Below, piece by piece: positions 1 to 8,300 of a stretch of DNA of 64,000 nt. A program made the translations under genes and the position numbers. Location: assembly GCA_965140415.1 (NCBI GenBank), contig OZ223209.1, positions 4,288,001 through 4,352,000 on the forward strand, in the 5' to 3' direction. This DNA comes from Myxococcota bacterium. GTDB taxonomy: Bacteria; Myxococcota_A; SURF-8. The notes under the pieces were generated by a model, which saw nothing but the letters and a program-made list of their open reading frames with translations, ran no database searches and was not told where the DNA came from. The first letter of the stretch is position 1. The number at the start of each line of letters is the position of its first letter.

Positions 1-339
1 CACCCGATCCAGGAGACCGTCTTCAAACGGCAAACTACTGACATCGGCAACAAGAAAATCCGCCCTTGAATCCGGGTTCTTCTCGCGGGCCAGTTCCACC
101 ATGCGCGGGCTGACATCGATGGCGGTTACACGTCCCGAGTCATCCAGAACCTCCAGCAGTTTTCGAGTCAGGTTTCCGGTGCCGCATCCCACATCGAGAA
201 CGGTTTCCTGCTTTCTCACATCGAAATGCAGCAGGCCATCCATGATGCGCCCATTGATGCGCGCCATATCCATCCAGCCATCCCATTGATCGGCGATGGA
301 ATCGAAATAATCTCGAAGAGGTGAATCAGTCATGTTCAT
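1..339 (-). CDS. Class I SAM-dependent methyltransferase (runs off left edge)
   Basis: Manual minus-strand translation from ATG at 339 gives MNMTDSPLRDYFDSIADQWDGW...VLDVGCGTGNLT...VTAIDVSPRMVELAR (SAM-binding motifs). Not in the ORF track because the stop is outside the window. Confidence 0.85.
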   Translation of the reverse strand, partial: MNMTDSPLRDYFDSIADQWDGWMDMARINGRIMDGLLHFDVRKQETVLDVGCGTGNLTRKLLEVLDDSGRVTAIDVSPRMVELAREKNPDSRADFLVADVSSLPFEDGLLDRV

Positions 340-341
340 TC

Positions 342-878
342 TCAATCGTTTGGGTTTGCTTCGCGTTTCGTTCTTGCCATCCGCGCCAGTGGCGGGATGA
401 CGATCAGCATCAAAATCAAACCGGGCCAGCCGCTTATAAACGACACCCCGGCGACGAATACGGCAGGCAGATCGATAATCTGGGAAACGACGTACACCAT
501 GGCAACATACAGAATACGCCCGAGTATCAGTACCGGTACGAGCGCCAGCCATTCGTTCAAAGTCGGTTTGAAACGATACGCCAGCGCAATCAAGCTGGAC
601 ATCATGGCCAATTCCACCGCCATGAGAACCGCAACCGGCGGATAGAAAGGCGGCATACCCGTTACCGCCCCGGATAAGAGCGGGACGACAAAGGCAGTCA
701 GCGCAGCCGGAGCGGGCGAAACGAAATAGCCCAATGCCACCAGCGGCAGGTACATCGGCATGAAAACGTGTCCGAGATGCAAGGCATGAAACAGCACCGG
801 CAACAATAGCCCGGCAGCTCCGAAAAGCCCGCAGGTTGCCAGTTCACGGCGCGAAAACCATTTGCTGTTTGTACTCAT
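342..878 (-). CDS. ECF transporter S-component-like membrane protein
   Basis: 178 aa, about 6 hydrophobic segments; LLLPVLFH...FMPMYLPLVALG...PLLSGAVTGMPP pattern typical of ECF S components. Confidence 0.7.
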   Translation of the reverse strand: MSTNSKWFSRRELATCGLFGAAGLLLPVLFHALHLGHVFMPMYLPLVALGYFVSPAPAALTAFVVPLLSGAVTGMPPFYPPVAVLMAVELAMMSSLIALAYRFKPTLNEWLALVPVLILGRILYVAMVYVVSQIIDLPAVFVAGVSFISGWPGLILMLIVIPPLARMARTKREANPND

Positions 879-879
879 C

Positions 880-2850
880 TCAGATTCTCACTTTCAACCC
901 CACCATGGCATTGATACCCGGCATGGGATAGCCCTTGATATATTCATAACGCAGATTCAGGATATTGCGAAGCAATACATACGGCTCCAGTTGAAAAGGT
1001 TGCTCGGATGGTTCGTAGCGGTAGCGCAGCGTCAAATCCATGAAATATACGTCGTCGATCGGCTCCCGTTTATAATTCTCCATATACAAGCCATGCACCC
1101 ATTCGCCGCTGATGCTTCCCGCAAGCCAGTGCTCACCAAAGTCGTGAGCCGCTTCAAGCGTGAAATTCAGTTTCGCATCCGGGTTTTGTTTTGTATAGCG
1201 CCCGATATCCTGCCAGTTGCCGGTCACGAAGATGTTGACCGGTCCCAGCTTTTTCAGCCCAAGGCGGCCCTCCACTCCCCAGATGACGATTTCATCGATG
1301 TTGACAACTTCCGCCGTGGGCCACGATCCGAAGTATTTTATCATGTTCTCCGCTTGCGTGCGATAGGCGGAGGCGGAGAATTCCACGTGTTTGAAATCGA
1401 GCCCGAAACCGACGTCCCAGTTCAGAGAATACTCCGGCTTCAGATTTGGATTGGCCGTGGGAAACGGAAGATACAACTCTCGCAAGGTCGGTTGACGGAA
1501 GTTGCGCGTCACGCGGGAACGCAGGTAAAGCCCTTTGTAGAATTCCCAGCGGAACCCACCCTTGTAGAGAACAGCGAAACCATACTTCGTGCTATACAAC
1601 TCCCTCGATCCGATCACGAAACTCAGACCATCCAACGGTTTCCAGGTAAGCTGGTTATAAAACGCATAGTTTGCCAAACCTTCCACCGGTTCGTCTTCAT
1701 TGGTGATGCGATTGGTGACTTCGCCTTCGATCCAGGTTCCTGAAAAGCCAAGCAGCAGATCAACCGTATCGTGCAGATGGATGTCGAACTCGGTCGAGGC
1801 GCCGGCCATGTAATCCTCGGAATAGAAGCCGTCGTACAGGCGATGCACCCCGACATTGAGATAGGACAGAACCCGAAAATCGAACCACTTGTGTTTATAA
1901 TCCAAGCGCAGGGACAAATTGTCGCGCCAGACATTGTACCAATTGCCCGTATTCGGATGTGTCGCCGGTCCAGGATCTTCCCCTTCTAAATGAAGGGCTT
2001 TGTTTTTAAGCGTGAGTTTGAGATCGGGCGTGATGCGCCAGCGAAGCCCAAGCGATCCAACCATGTTGTAGCCGCCGGAATTGTCGCGATGACCATCCGT
2101 ACGAAAATAATGAAACGCGCTGGCCAGATCCCAATCCCCCCAGCGACCGAGAAACGTGGCGGTTTCCTTGATGGTCTGAAAGCTTCCGTAGGCGGCGTCG
2201 TTTTCCAGCTCGAATCCTTCTTCATGCCGCCAGCGGTTTTCGATCAGGATCACACCGCCCAATGCATTGGAGCCATATAGCGTGGAATCGCCACCCTTGA
2301 CGACCCGCACTTCATCGATCAGAAAGGGAACATAGGCATCGGGGATCGGATGGCCGAAGATACCCTGCACGTCGGGAACGCCATCCTCGACCACCAATAC
2401 TTGAGCGTTCGGGCTTCCGCCCAGCCCTCGGACGTGAATCGCGCCGGATGCGCCATTGGCCACGCCATGCACACCCGCGCCCCGCCCGGATACATAGATA
2501 TCCGCCGCTTCCTGGCTAAGGGCTTCTACCGTACTTGCACGTGCAGAGGCGCGCAGTTTCTCGCCGGAAACGTGGGTGGCATCCGCCGTGTCGTCCTTGC
2601 CGGGCTGTTTCGCCCCTTCCACGGTCACTTCGGGCAAAACAAACAAATTCTCGCCTTTTTCTCTGGAGTCCGTTTCGAGTTTTTCTTCGCTGTCTTTGTT
2701 GTCAGTAATACTTGCAGCGACTTGCTCGTCCCTCTCCTGTTGGACTTCCATAATGACTTCCGGCTCGTAAGATCCGGAATCCGGGGACAACTCTCCGGCT
2801 TCATTACCCCCAGCTTGAATAAACAACAAGAATAGCAACTGGATCATCAT
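880..2850 (-). CDS. TonB-dependent outer membrane receptor
   Basis: TonB box-like LPEVTVEG, plug motifs (IHVRGLGG, VLVVEDGVP, IDEVRVVKGGDSTLYGSNALGGVI), NPNLKPE motif and a C-terminal beta strand. Confidence 0.92.
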   Translation of the reverse strand: MMIQLLFLLFIQAGGNEAGELSPDSGSYEPEVIMEVQQERDEQVAASITDNKDSEEKLETDSREKGENLFVLPEVTVEGAKQPGKDDTADATHVSGEKLRASARASTVEALSQEAADIYVSGRGAGVHGVANGASGAIHVRGLGGSPNAQVLVVEDGVPDVQGIFGHPIPDAYVPFLIDEVRVVKGGDSTLYGSNALGGVILIENRWRHEEGFELENDAAYGSFQTIKETATFLGRWGDWDLASAFHYFRTDGHRDNSGGYNMVGSLGLRWRITPDLKLTLKNKALHLEGEDPGPATHPNTGNWYNVWRDNLSLRLDYKHKWFDFRVLSYLNVGVHRLYDGFYSEDYMAGASTEFDIHLHDTVDLLLGFSGTWIEGEVTNRITNEDEPVEGLANYAFYNQLTWKPLDGLSFVIGSRELYSTKYGFAVLYKGGFRWEFYKGLYLRSRVTRNFRQPTLRELYLPFPTANPNLKPEYSLNWDVGFGLDFKHVEFSASAYRTQAENMIKYFGSWPTAEVVNIDEIVIWGVEGRLGLKKLGPVNIFVTGNWQDIGRYTKQNPDAKLNFTLEAAHDFGEHWLAGSISGEWVHGLYMENYKREPIDDVYFMDLTLRYRYEPSEQPFQLEPYVLLRNILNLRYEYIKGYPMPGINAMVGLKVRI

Positions 2851-2862
2851 GACAGCATCGCT

Positions 2863-3366
2863 TTAATGTCCGTAGGGGCCTGGAACGGAAAAATCCTGTT
2901 CCATATCATCCAGAGTCAACTCGAAAAGATGAAACCCACCCTCGATATCGAAGGTCTGTTTCGTTTGGTAATTGAACCACATCGGTTCTTCGTTGATAAG
3001 GCCGGAGTCCATCGGATCGTCTTCGGGGCGATCCTCTTCGTTGCAGAAGCAGAGTCCGTCAATGGTGGCGTCATCCACCTGCTCTTCACAATACGTCTTT
3101 GGATCGAATTTTTGAAAGTGGATACGATCGGAGCCGGGAAGGCAACGACCGGGACTGGTGGAGTCCTCGTAGGCCAGCATATCTTCCCACTTACAACCGT
3201 TCATACTGACATTGCGGATCAGGATATGCTCGTCGATGGTGTTGGTCACCACGACTTCGGGGTACATCTCCTCACAACCCGCAGCAAATGCAAACGAGGC
3301 GAGAAGCAACAGAAACAACATTCGATGTACGAATGCCAGCGGGGAGATCACAGATTGTACGTGCAT
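2863..3366 (-). CDS. Putative Cys-containing lipoprotein
   Basis: Hydrophobic signal followed by lipobox-like FAAGC; co-oriented with the TonB receptor. Confidence 0.65.
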   Translation of the reverse strand: MHVQSVISPLAFVHRMLFLLLLASFAFAAGCEEMYPEVVVTNTIDEHILIRNVSMNGCKWEDMLAYEDSTSPGRCLPGSDRIHFQKFDPKTYCEEQVDDATIDGLCFCNEEDRPEDDPMDSGLINEEPMWFNYQTKQTFDIEGGFHLFELTLDDMEQDFSVPGPYGH

Positions 3367-3469
3367 GGTCGATTACCCGAGAAAACGGGCGACCCGGTCC
3401 AATCGACCGGGTGATGCCCACTATAAAGGTGAACTGTTCACCGAACCTACACGGTCAAATACAAACGAC

Positions 3470-3979
3470 TTACTCGTCCAGGCACTGCGTGTTTTCGGTT
3501 CGCTGGTCGTAAGGCAAGAATTCGTATTCCGGGTACAGTTCCAAAATTCGATTATACAGATCTTCCGGGATCGGCTGGACGCCTTCCGGCGGACAGGGGC
3601 CTTGGTGATTCGGCATATTGATGGCGATGGTACGCTGCTGATCGGTGACGACCTCTTCTTCAATCCTGCTGGCAACCGGCAGGCAATTTTCCGGGCTGCA
3701 CTCCGGATCATTCCAGGCCAATACCATCAGCACGTTGTCCAGACCGGGCACGACCTCAAGTTCGGCGCTCTGTTCGCCGATATCGATATGACCGAATTCC
3801 ACACCCATATAATTGACGTGGCACATGGTCCACGGCGGATTGTATTCCATTTCCGGGTTATCGAAATCGTTGTGAATGGTCACATGGGCCACTTCCCCAT
3901 CACTGTCATCATCGCAGGCGACAACAAGAACAAGGAGACTAACGAGCACTAAGAGCTGAAGCGGTAGCCATTTGTTCAT
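3470..3979 (-). CDS. Putative Cys-containing lipoprotein, first gene of the uptake operon
   Basis: Start MNKWLPLQ at 3979 preceded by GGAGG; lipobox VVAC. Confidence 0.7.
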   Translation of the reverse strand: MNKWLPLQLLVLVSLLVLVVACDDDSDGEVAHVTIHNDFDNPEMEYNPPWTMCHVNYMGVEFGHIDIGEQSAELEVVPGLDNVLMVLAWNDPECSPENCLPVASRIEEEVVTDQQRTIAINMPNHQGPCPPEGVQPIPEDLYNRILELYPEYEFLPYDQRTENTQCLDE

Positions 3980-4025
3980 CGAATTCCTCCATTTAGCGGG
4001 TTTCAAAATTCTCCGATAAAAAGCG

Positions 4026-4073
4026 GTAGCACGTTCATAGATTTCGTATGCCACGAATTTCGTACCATGTCAA
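4026..4073 (-). promoter_or_regulatory. Sigma70-like promoter with an overlapping putative metalloregulator (NikR-like) site
   Basis: Minus strand TTGACA (4073-4068), 17 bp spacer, weak -10 CATACG, overlapped by GGCATAC-N13-GTGCTAC (4052-4026). Confidence 0.4.
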
Positions 4074-4196
4074 CAGGAAATGCTTAAGATTAAAATCGGG
4101 GATGAGTAGGAATTCTGGGATTGAGGGAACTAAGAGGATCGATTCTAAACGAAATGGGTCCGGTAACTCGTTTACAGAGTCCCGGACCCATGTGAC

Positions 4197-4535
4197 TTGC
4201 GGATGCGACTCCCCGAACTTGACCTGCATAGCTTAAGACACGTCTGCGGTTCGAACCTGATGATGAATGGAGGTGTAGCTCTTGCTCAGGCTGTCTTGGG
4301 TCATACGGATATTCAGACCACGGTGGACACTTACGGACACCTGAGTTCGATCTACCTTTCGAACCAGTGTGACCTCGCCGCGATCTCTGAAAAACGGTTG
4401 GAGAAATTCGTGGAAAAGGTCCGTGAATTGAGGGGACATTCTGACCCTAAAATCCGGTCGTTTGCCAAAGAGTCTCTGCATTTTTGTCAATATTTGTCAA
4501 CGACACAAAAAAACGGGCACCTAGAAAATCTCTAA
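4197..4535 (+). pseudogene. C-terminal fragment of a tyrosine integrase
   Basis: LHSLRHVC...LGHTDIQTTVDTYGHLS aligns by eye with PHSLRHVC...AGHKDLSTTVDVYGHLS of the 19747-20952 integrase; in-frame stop upstream at 4164-4166; N-terminal ~290 aa absent. Confidence 0.88.
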
Positions 4536-4542
4536 GTGCCCG
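4507..4542 (-). terminator. Intrinsic terminator-like hairpin beyond the displaced tRNA 3' end
   Basis: CGGGCAC (4514-4520) / GTGCCCG (4536-4542) stem with an A7 tract at 4507-4513 (U tract on the minus strand). Confidence 0.65.
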
Positions 4543-4545
4543 GAA

Positions 4546-4596
4546 TTACTGGTCGGCGTGAGAGGATTTGAACCTCCGACTTCTTGGTCCCGAACC
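4546..4596 (-). repeat. att site: duplicated 3' portion of tRNA-Pro (distal island boundary)
   Basis: TTACTGGTCGGCGTGAGAGGATTTGAACCTCCGACTTCTTGGTCCCGAACC is identical to 20976-21026. Confidence 0.97.
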
Positions 4597-5087
4597 TATA
4601 AACCCAGGTATTCTATGCCTCTTAGGGGCGGTATGAGGAAGGGTATAATCCTTGTAAATACAGAGGCTTGTTTTATCTTTCATCATTTGCCGAGGGCTTC
4701 CTCGTATTGCCCTAAATTGCTCTTTTTACCGTCCAATCGTGTCAAATCGTGTCAATTTTTGCTTTTCCATCCCTTTCTCGTCCGTTCGTAGGGCTATCGA
4801 CGCCCAAGGGGCCCCCTGAAAGTGAACCCCAGTGGTCGCCCTCAAAGAGGCGGAAAAATATTGATCCACCCAGTCGACGAGGATGTGAGGATTTTTTTGG
4901 GGGGAAATTTTCGCCATCTGCCCGGTAAGATCGAGGTGATGCCAGTGGATCGGAGATTGTGCAATGGGGGCTGGTTTGTGCAAAAGTGAAACGATATGGA
5001 CTTTCAGCTGGGTACATTTTGGGGCCATTTTTGGCGTAACTCCAAGCGCCTGTAAGGTTACCCAACGGCACGGTTTCAACGAAAACA

Positions 5088-8000
5088 TCAAGCCGAGAAA
5101 TACGGCGATTCCGCCGTCGGATAGGCGCGAAAAACATGGCGGAAAACCTCCTCGGTCTTGGTTTCGACATCATCCTCAGAGTACCAATCCGCCGGAAGGC
5201 CGGTTTGGTCGCTGTATAGGAAGTTCCCTATCAAGGATTTCACCGCGTCCCGTGTGTTCTCACGTTCGCGCCAGTGTTCGATCTTGAGCTTTTCCGCCTT
5301 CAGCGTCTGGAGCAGCTCCACCGCCACCTGCTTGATGGTTTTGATTCCCTTGGCGTCGAGGTCGGGCTTTTTCAGCAAATCGAAGATCGCCAGGCTTTCC
5401 TCGTCCAGCCCTTCGCGCATGGCGCGGGATTCTTCTTCCGTCAGCTCCTCCACCAGCGTTATCAGCGCTGCAAAGGTAGCCTCGATGGTTTGCCGGTCTT
5501 TCTCGCTGTTGTAGGACGCGACAACCTTCTCGTAGTGCTCCTGAAGGTCGGTGCGGAGTGGATTCTGCTGCAACAGGCGTTGGACGCGCTGCTCGATGGC
5601 ATGTGAAAGATTCTGGACGGTGGTCTTCTTGGCCTTTACGCGCTCGAATTCGCGCCGTAGAAGGTCGAAGTCGATCTTGCTGATGTCGTAGGGGGCCTGC
5701 TCCTTCCCGTTCGTTTCCGGTCGAGTCTCGATGGCCTCGTCCACCACTTCATGCAGCTGGCGGATGATGTCGCTGATGTCGGCCTGTTCCCGGTCGGCGA
5801 TCAGGCTTTTGTAGATGACATCGATGGCTTTCTTTTCGGGACGGATCGCCCGGAAGCCTTCATGCTGATTCATGTGCGAGCAGGCTTTGAACTTCTTGAA
5901 GACTTCCCGACAGGCCACCTCGAAGCGCTTGCGCGTCTCGTCGTTCTCGTTGGCCGCTTCCTTCGCCGCCACGATTGCCGCGTTTTTGGCGAAGCCGGTT
6001 TCCTCAATGATCGTCGTCAGCGATGCCCCCCGCTCCTCCAGAAATGTACGTACAATCGCCACCGCTTCCTTGAGTTCGGCGAGCAGTTCTTCGTCCGGTT
6101 TGGTTGGGTTGGTTTCGTCATCACCCTTACGGCCACCGTCTCCACGCCCGGCGAAGGTGGCCAACGCGCTTCGGAGGTTTTTCAGGATACCGCAGTAATC
6201 GACGATCAGACCGTTATTCTTGCCCTCGTGAACCCGGTTGGCGCGGGCGATGGCCTGCATCAGGGTGTGGGCTTTCAAGGGCTTGTCGAGGTACAGGTTG
6301 CTCAGGCTAGGCACATCGAAGCCGGTCAGCCACATGGCGCAGACGATGACGATCCGGAAGGGATGCTCGGCCTTCTTGAACGCCGATTCCACGTCGATTC
6401 GTTCGCCGTCTTCCGTCTCGAAGCCGTCCTTGATGAGTTTGCGGTGCGGCAGGATGTCCAGATCCCACTTCTTGAACTTCTCGACCTCGCCCTGCTCCTC
6501 GCTGATGACCACGGCCATCTTCGTCTCGCGCATCCAGGTGAGTTTCCGCTTGAGCTGGGTTTCCTCCTGCTCGTCCGGGGCATGATCAATCTCACGCTCC
6601 AGGGTTTCAATGCGCCTCTGCCAGTAGGTGTCGATCAGGTCGTAGAGCCGAACGCAGGTGATCTTGTCGATGCAGACGAACATCGCCTTGCCGGTCTCCC
6701 AGGCATTCGAGTAATGCTCTACGAAGTCTTTGGCCACCTGCTTCAAGCGTTCGCCGGCTGTGATGATGTGATATTCACGCTTGAGTTCCTTCTCCAGCCT
6801 CTGCTGGACATTCACGTCATCGGTTTCCAGCTCTTCCAGCTTCGCAGCCACCCGCTCGTTCAGATCGCCGATGGAAAGTCCCAACTTGTCGCCGCGGGCG
6901 TCGTAATATAGCGGCACGGTGGCGCCATCGTCCACGGCTCGCTTGAAGTCGTAGGTGGAGATATAGCCGCCGAACACGTCCTTCGTGATCTCGTCCTCAC
7001 CCTGAATCAAGGGCGTGCCGGTGAAGCCTATGAAGTTGGCGTTGGGAAGCGCGTCGTGCATGTTGAGGGCCAGTGTACCGCCCTGGGTGCGGTGGGCTTC
7101 GTCGGTGATGACGATGATGTCGTCGCGCAGCGAATAGCCTTCCTCTGGGCTGACTTCCTTATGGAATTTCTGGATCAGCGTGAAGATGGTGGATTTGTTC
7201 TCTCCGAGCAGGCGCGCCAGATGCTCGCCGCTCGATGCGCGGCTGTCTTTCTTGGCCAGGCCGCAACCGGCGAAGGTTTTGTAAATCTGGCTGTCCAGAT
7301 CCTCACGGTCGGTGCAGATCAGGAAGGTGAAGTTGCTCCCCAGCCGGCGGTGGATCTTACGGGCGAAGAAAACCATCGAATAGCTCTTGCCGCTGCCCTG
7401 CGTATGCCAGAAGACGCCCAGCTTGCCGCGTCGCTCTTTGCGCTCTTCCACGGCCTTTACGGCGCGATTGACGCCGAGAAACTGGTGGTTGCGCGCCAGG
7501 ATCTTGACCGGTGCGCCTTCGGGTTCGTCGAAAATGATGAAGTTTTCGAGGAGGTCGATGAAGTTGCGCTTGTTGCAGATGCCCAAGAGCAAGGTTTCCA
7601 TGTCCACCACGCCCGATTCGTGCTCCTCCAGGCGCTTCCATTCGTGGAAGTGGCCGAACTTCGCCGATAGCGTCCCGATCTTGGCCTTGTCGCCGTTGCC
7701 GAGCAGGATGATGGCATTGTGGTGGAAGAGGTGCGGGATCGTGACCCGGTAATCCGCCAGATTGCCGTCGTAGGCGTTGCGGATGTCCTTGTGGATGTTC
7801 TTCAGCTCCATGAAGAGCAATGGAAGGCCGTTGACGAAGCCCACGATGTCGGCGCGCCGATGGTACAGATCGCCCTGCACCCACAATTCACGCACGGCGA
7901 GGAAGTGGTTGTTCTCCGGATCGTTGAAGTCGATGACCTTGAGGTGCGGCTTCTGCGTGACACCGTTTTCATCCCGGTAGCGAACCTGAACCCCATCGCG

Positions 8001-8300
8001 CAGTAAGGCGTATTTCTCGCGGTTGGTCTGGATCAGGCTCTGGCTGGCGGAATACTCGGTGATGGTTCGGATGGCGTCGTCGTAAGCGTTTTCCGGCAGG
8101 CCGGGGTTGAATGCTTTCAGCTTTTCGCGCAAGGTGCGCGTCAGCACCACTTCCCGGTCGTTCTTACGGCCCAGTAGTCCTCCAGGGCCGAAGGTCTCGT
8201 GGTTGTAGGCCAACACCGAATCCCAGCCGAGCTTGTCGCGCAGGTAGTCAGCGGTAGTTTGCTGGACAAGGCTGTCTTCGGTGTAAGAGTTATTCATCAT
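5088..8300 (-). CDS. hsdR: Type I restriction endonuclease subunit R
   Basis: ADIVGFVNGLPLLFMELK nuclease motif, WHTQGSGKS Walker A, DEAHR, FIGFTGTP, MWLTGFDVP, QAIARANR. Start placed at MMNN (8300), overlapping the upstream stop; the ORF track extends to 8351. Confidence 0.97.
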   Translation of the reverse strand: MMNNSYTEDSLVQQTTADYLRDKLGWDSVLAYNHETFGPGGLLGRKNDREVVLTRTLREKLKAFNPGLPENAYDDAIRTITEYSASQSLIQTNREKYALLRDGVQVRYRDENGVTQKPHLKVIDFNDPENNHFLAVRELWVQGDLYHRRADIVGFVNGLPLLFMELKNIHKDIRNAYDGNLADYRVTIPHLFHHNAIILLGNGDKAKIGTLSAKFGHFHEWKRLEEHESGVVDMETLLLGICNKRNFIDLLENFIIFDEPEGAPVKILARNHQFLGVNRAVKAVEERKERRGKLGVFWHTQGSGKSYSMVFFARKIHRRLGSNFTFLICTDREDLDSQIYKTFAGCGLAKKDSRASSGEHLARLLGENKSTIFTLIQKFHKEVSPEEGYSLRDDIIVITDEAHRTQGGTLALNMHDALPNANFIGFTGTPLIQGEDEITKDVFGGYISTYDFKRAVDDGATVPLYYDARGDKLGLSIGDLNERVAAKLEELETDDVNVQQRLEKELKREYHIITAGERLKQVAKDFVEHYSNAWETGKAMFVCIDKITCVRLYDLIDTYWQRRIETLEREIDHAPDEQEETQLKRKLTWMRETKMAVVISEEQGEVEKFKKWDLDILPHRKLIKDGFETEDGERIDVESAFKKAEHPFRIVIVCAMWLTGFDVPSLSNLYLDKPLKAHTLMQAIARANRVHEGKNNGLIVDYCGILKNLRSALATFAGRGDGGRKGDDETNPTKPDEELLAELKEAVAIVRTFLEERGASLTTIIEETGFAKNAAIVAAKEAANENDETRKRFEVACREVFKKFKACSHMNQHEGFRAIRPEKKAIDVIYKSLIADREQADISDIIRQLHEVVDEAIETRPETNGKEQAPYDISKIDFDLLRREFERVKAKKTTVQNLSHAIEQRVQRLLQQNPLRTDLQEHYEKVVASYNSEKDRQTIEATFAALITLVEELTEEESRAMREGLDEESLAIFDLLKKPDLDAKGIKTIKQVAVELLQTLKAEKLKIEHWRERENTRDAVKSLIGNFLYSDQTGLPADWYSEDDVETKTEEVFRHVFRAYPTAESPYFSA

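Noticed and set aside
3980-4200. Cobalamin riboswitch upstream of the TonB operon
   Set aside because: No B12-box or GGGAA..GGTG..AATCC-type motifs seen, and the leader after the predicted promoter is too short.
4546-4596. Second tRNA-Pro gene
   Set aside because: Only the 3' 47 nt of the tRNA are present, with no D arm or 5' acceptor strand; it is an att duplication.
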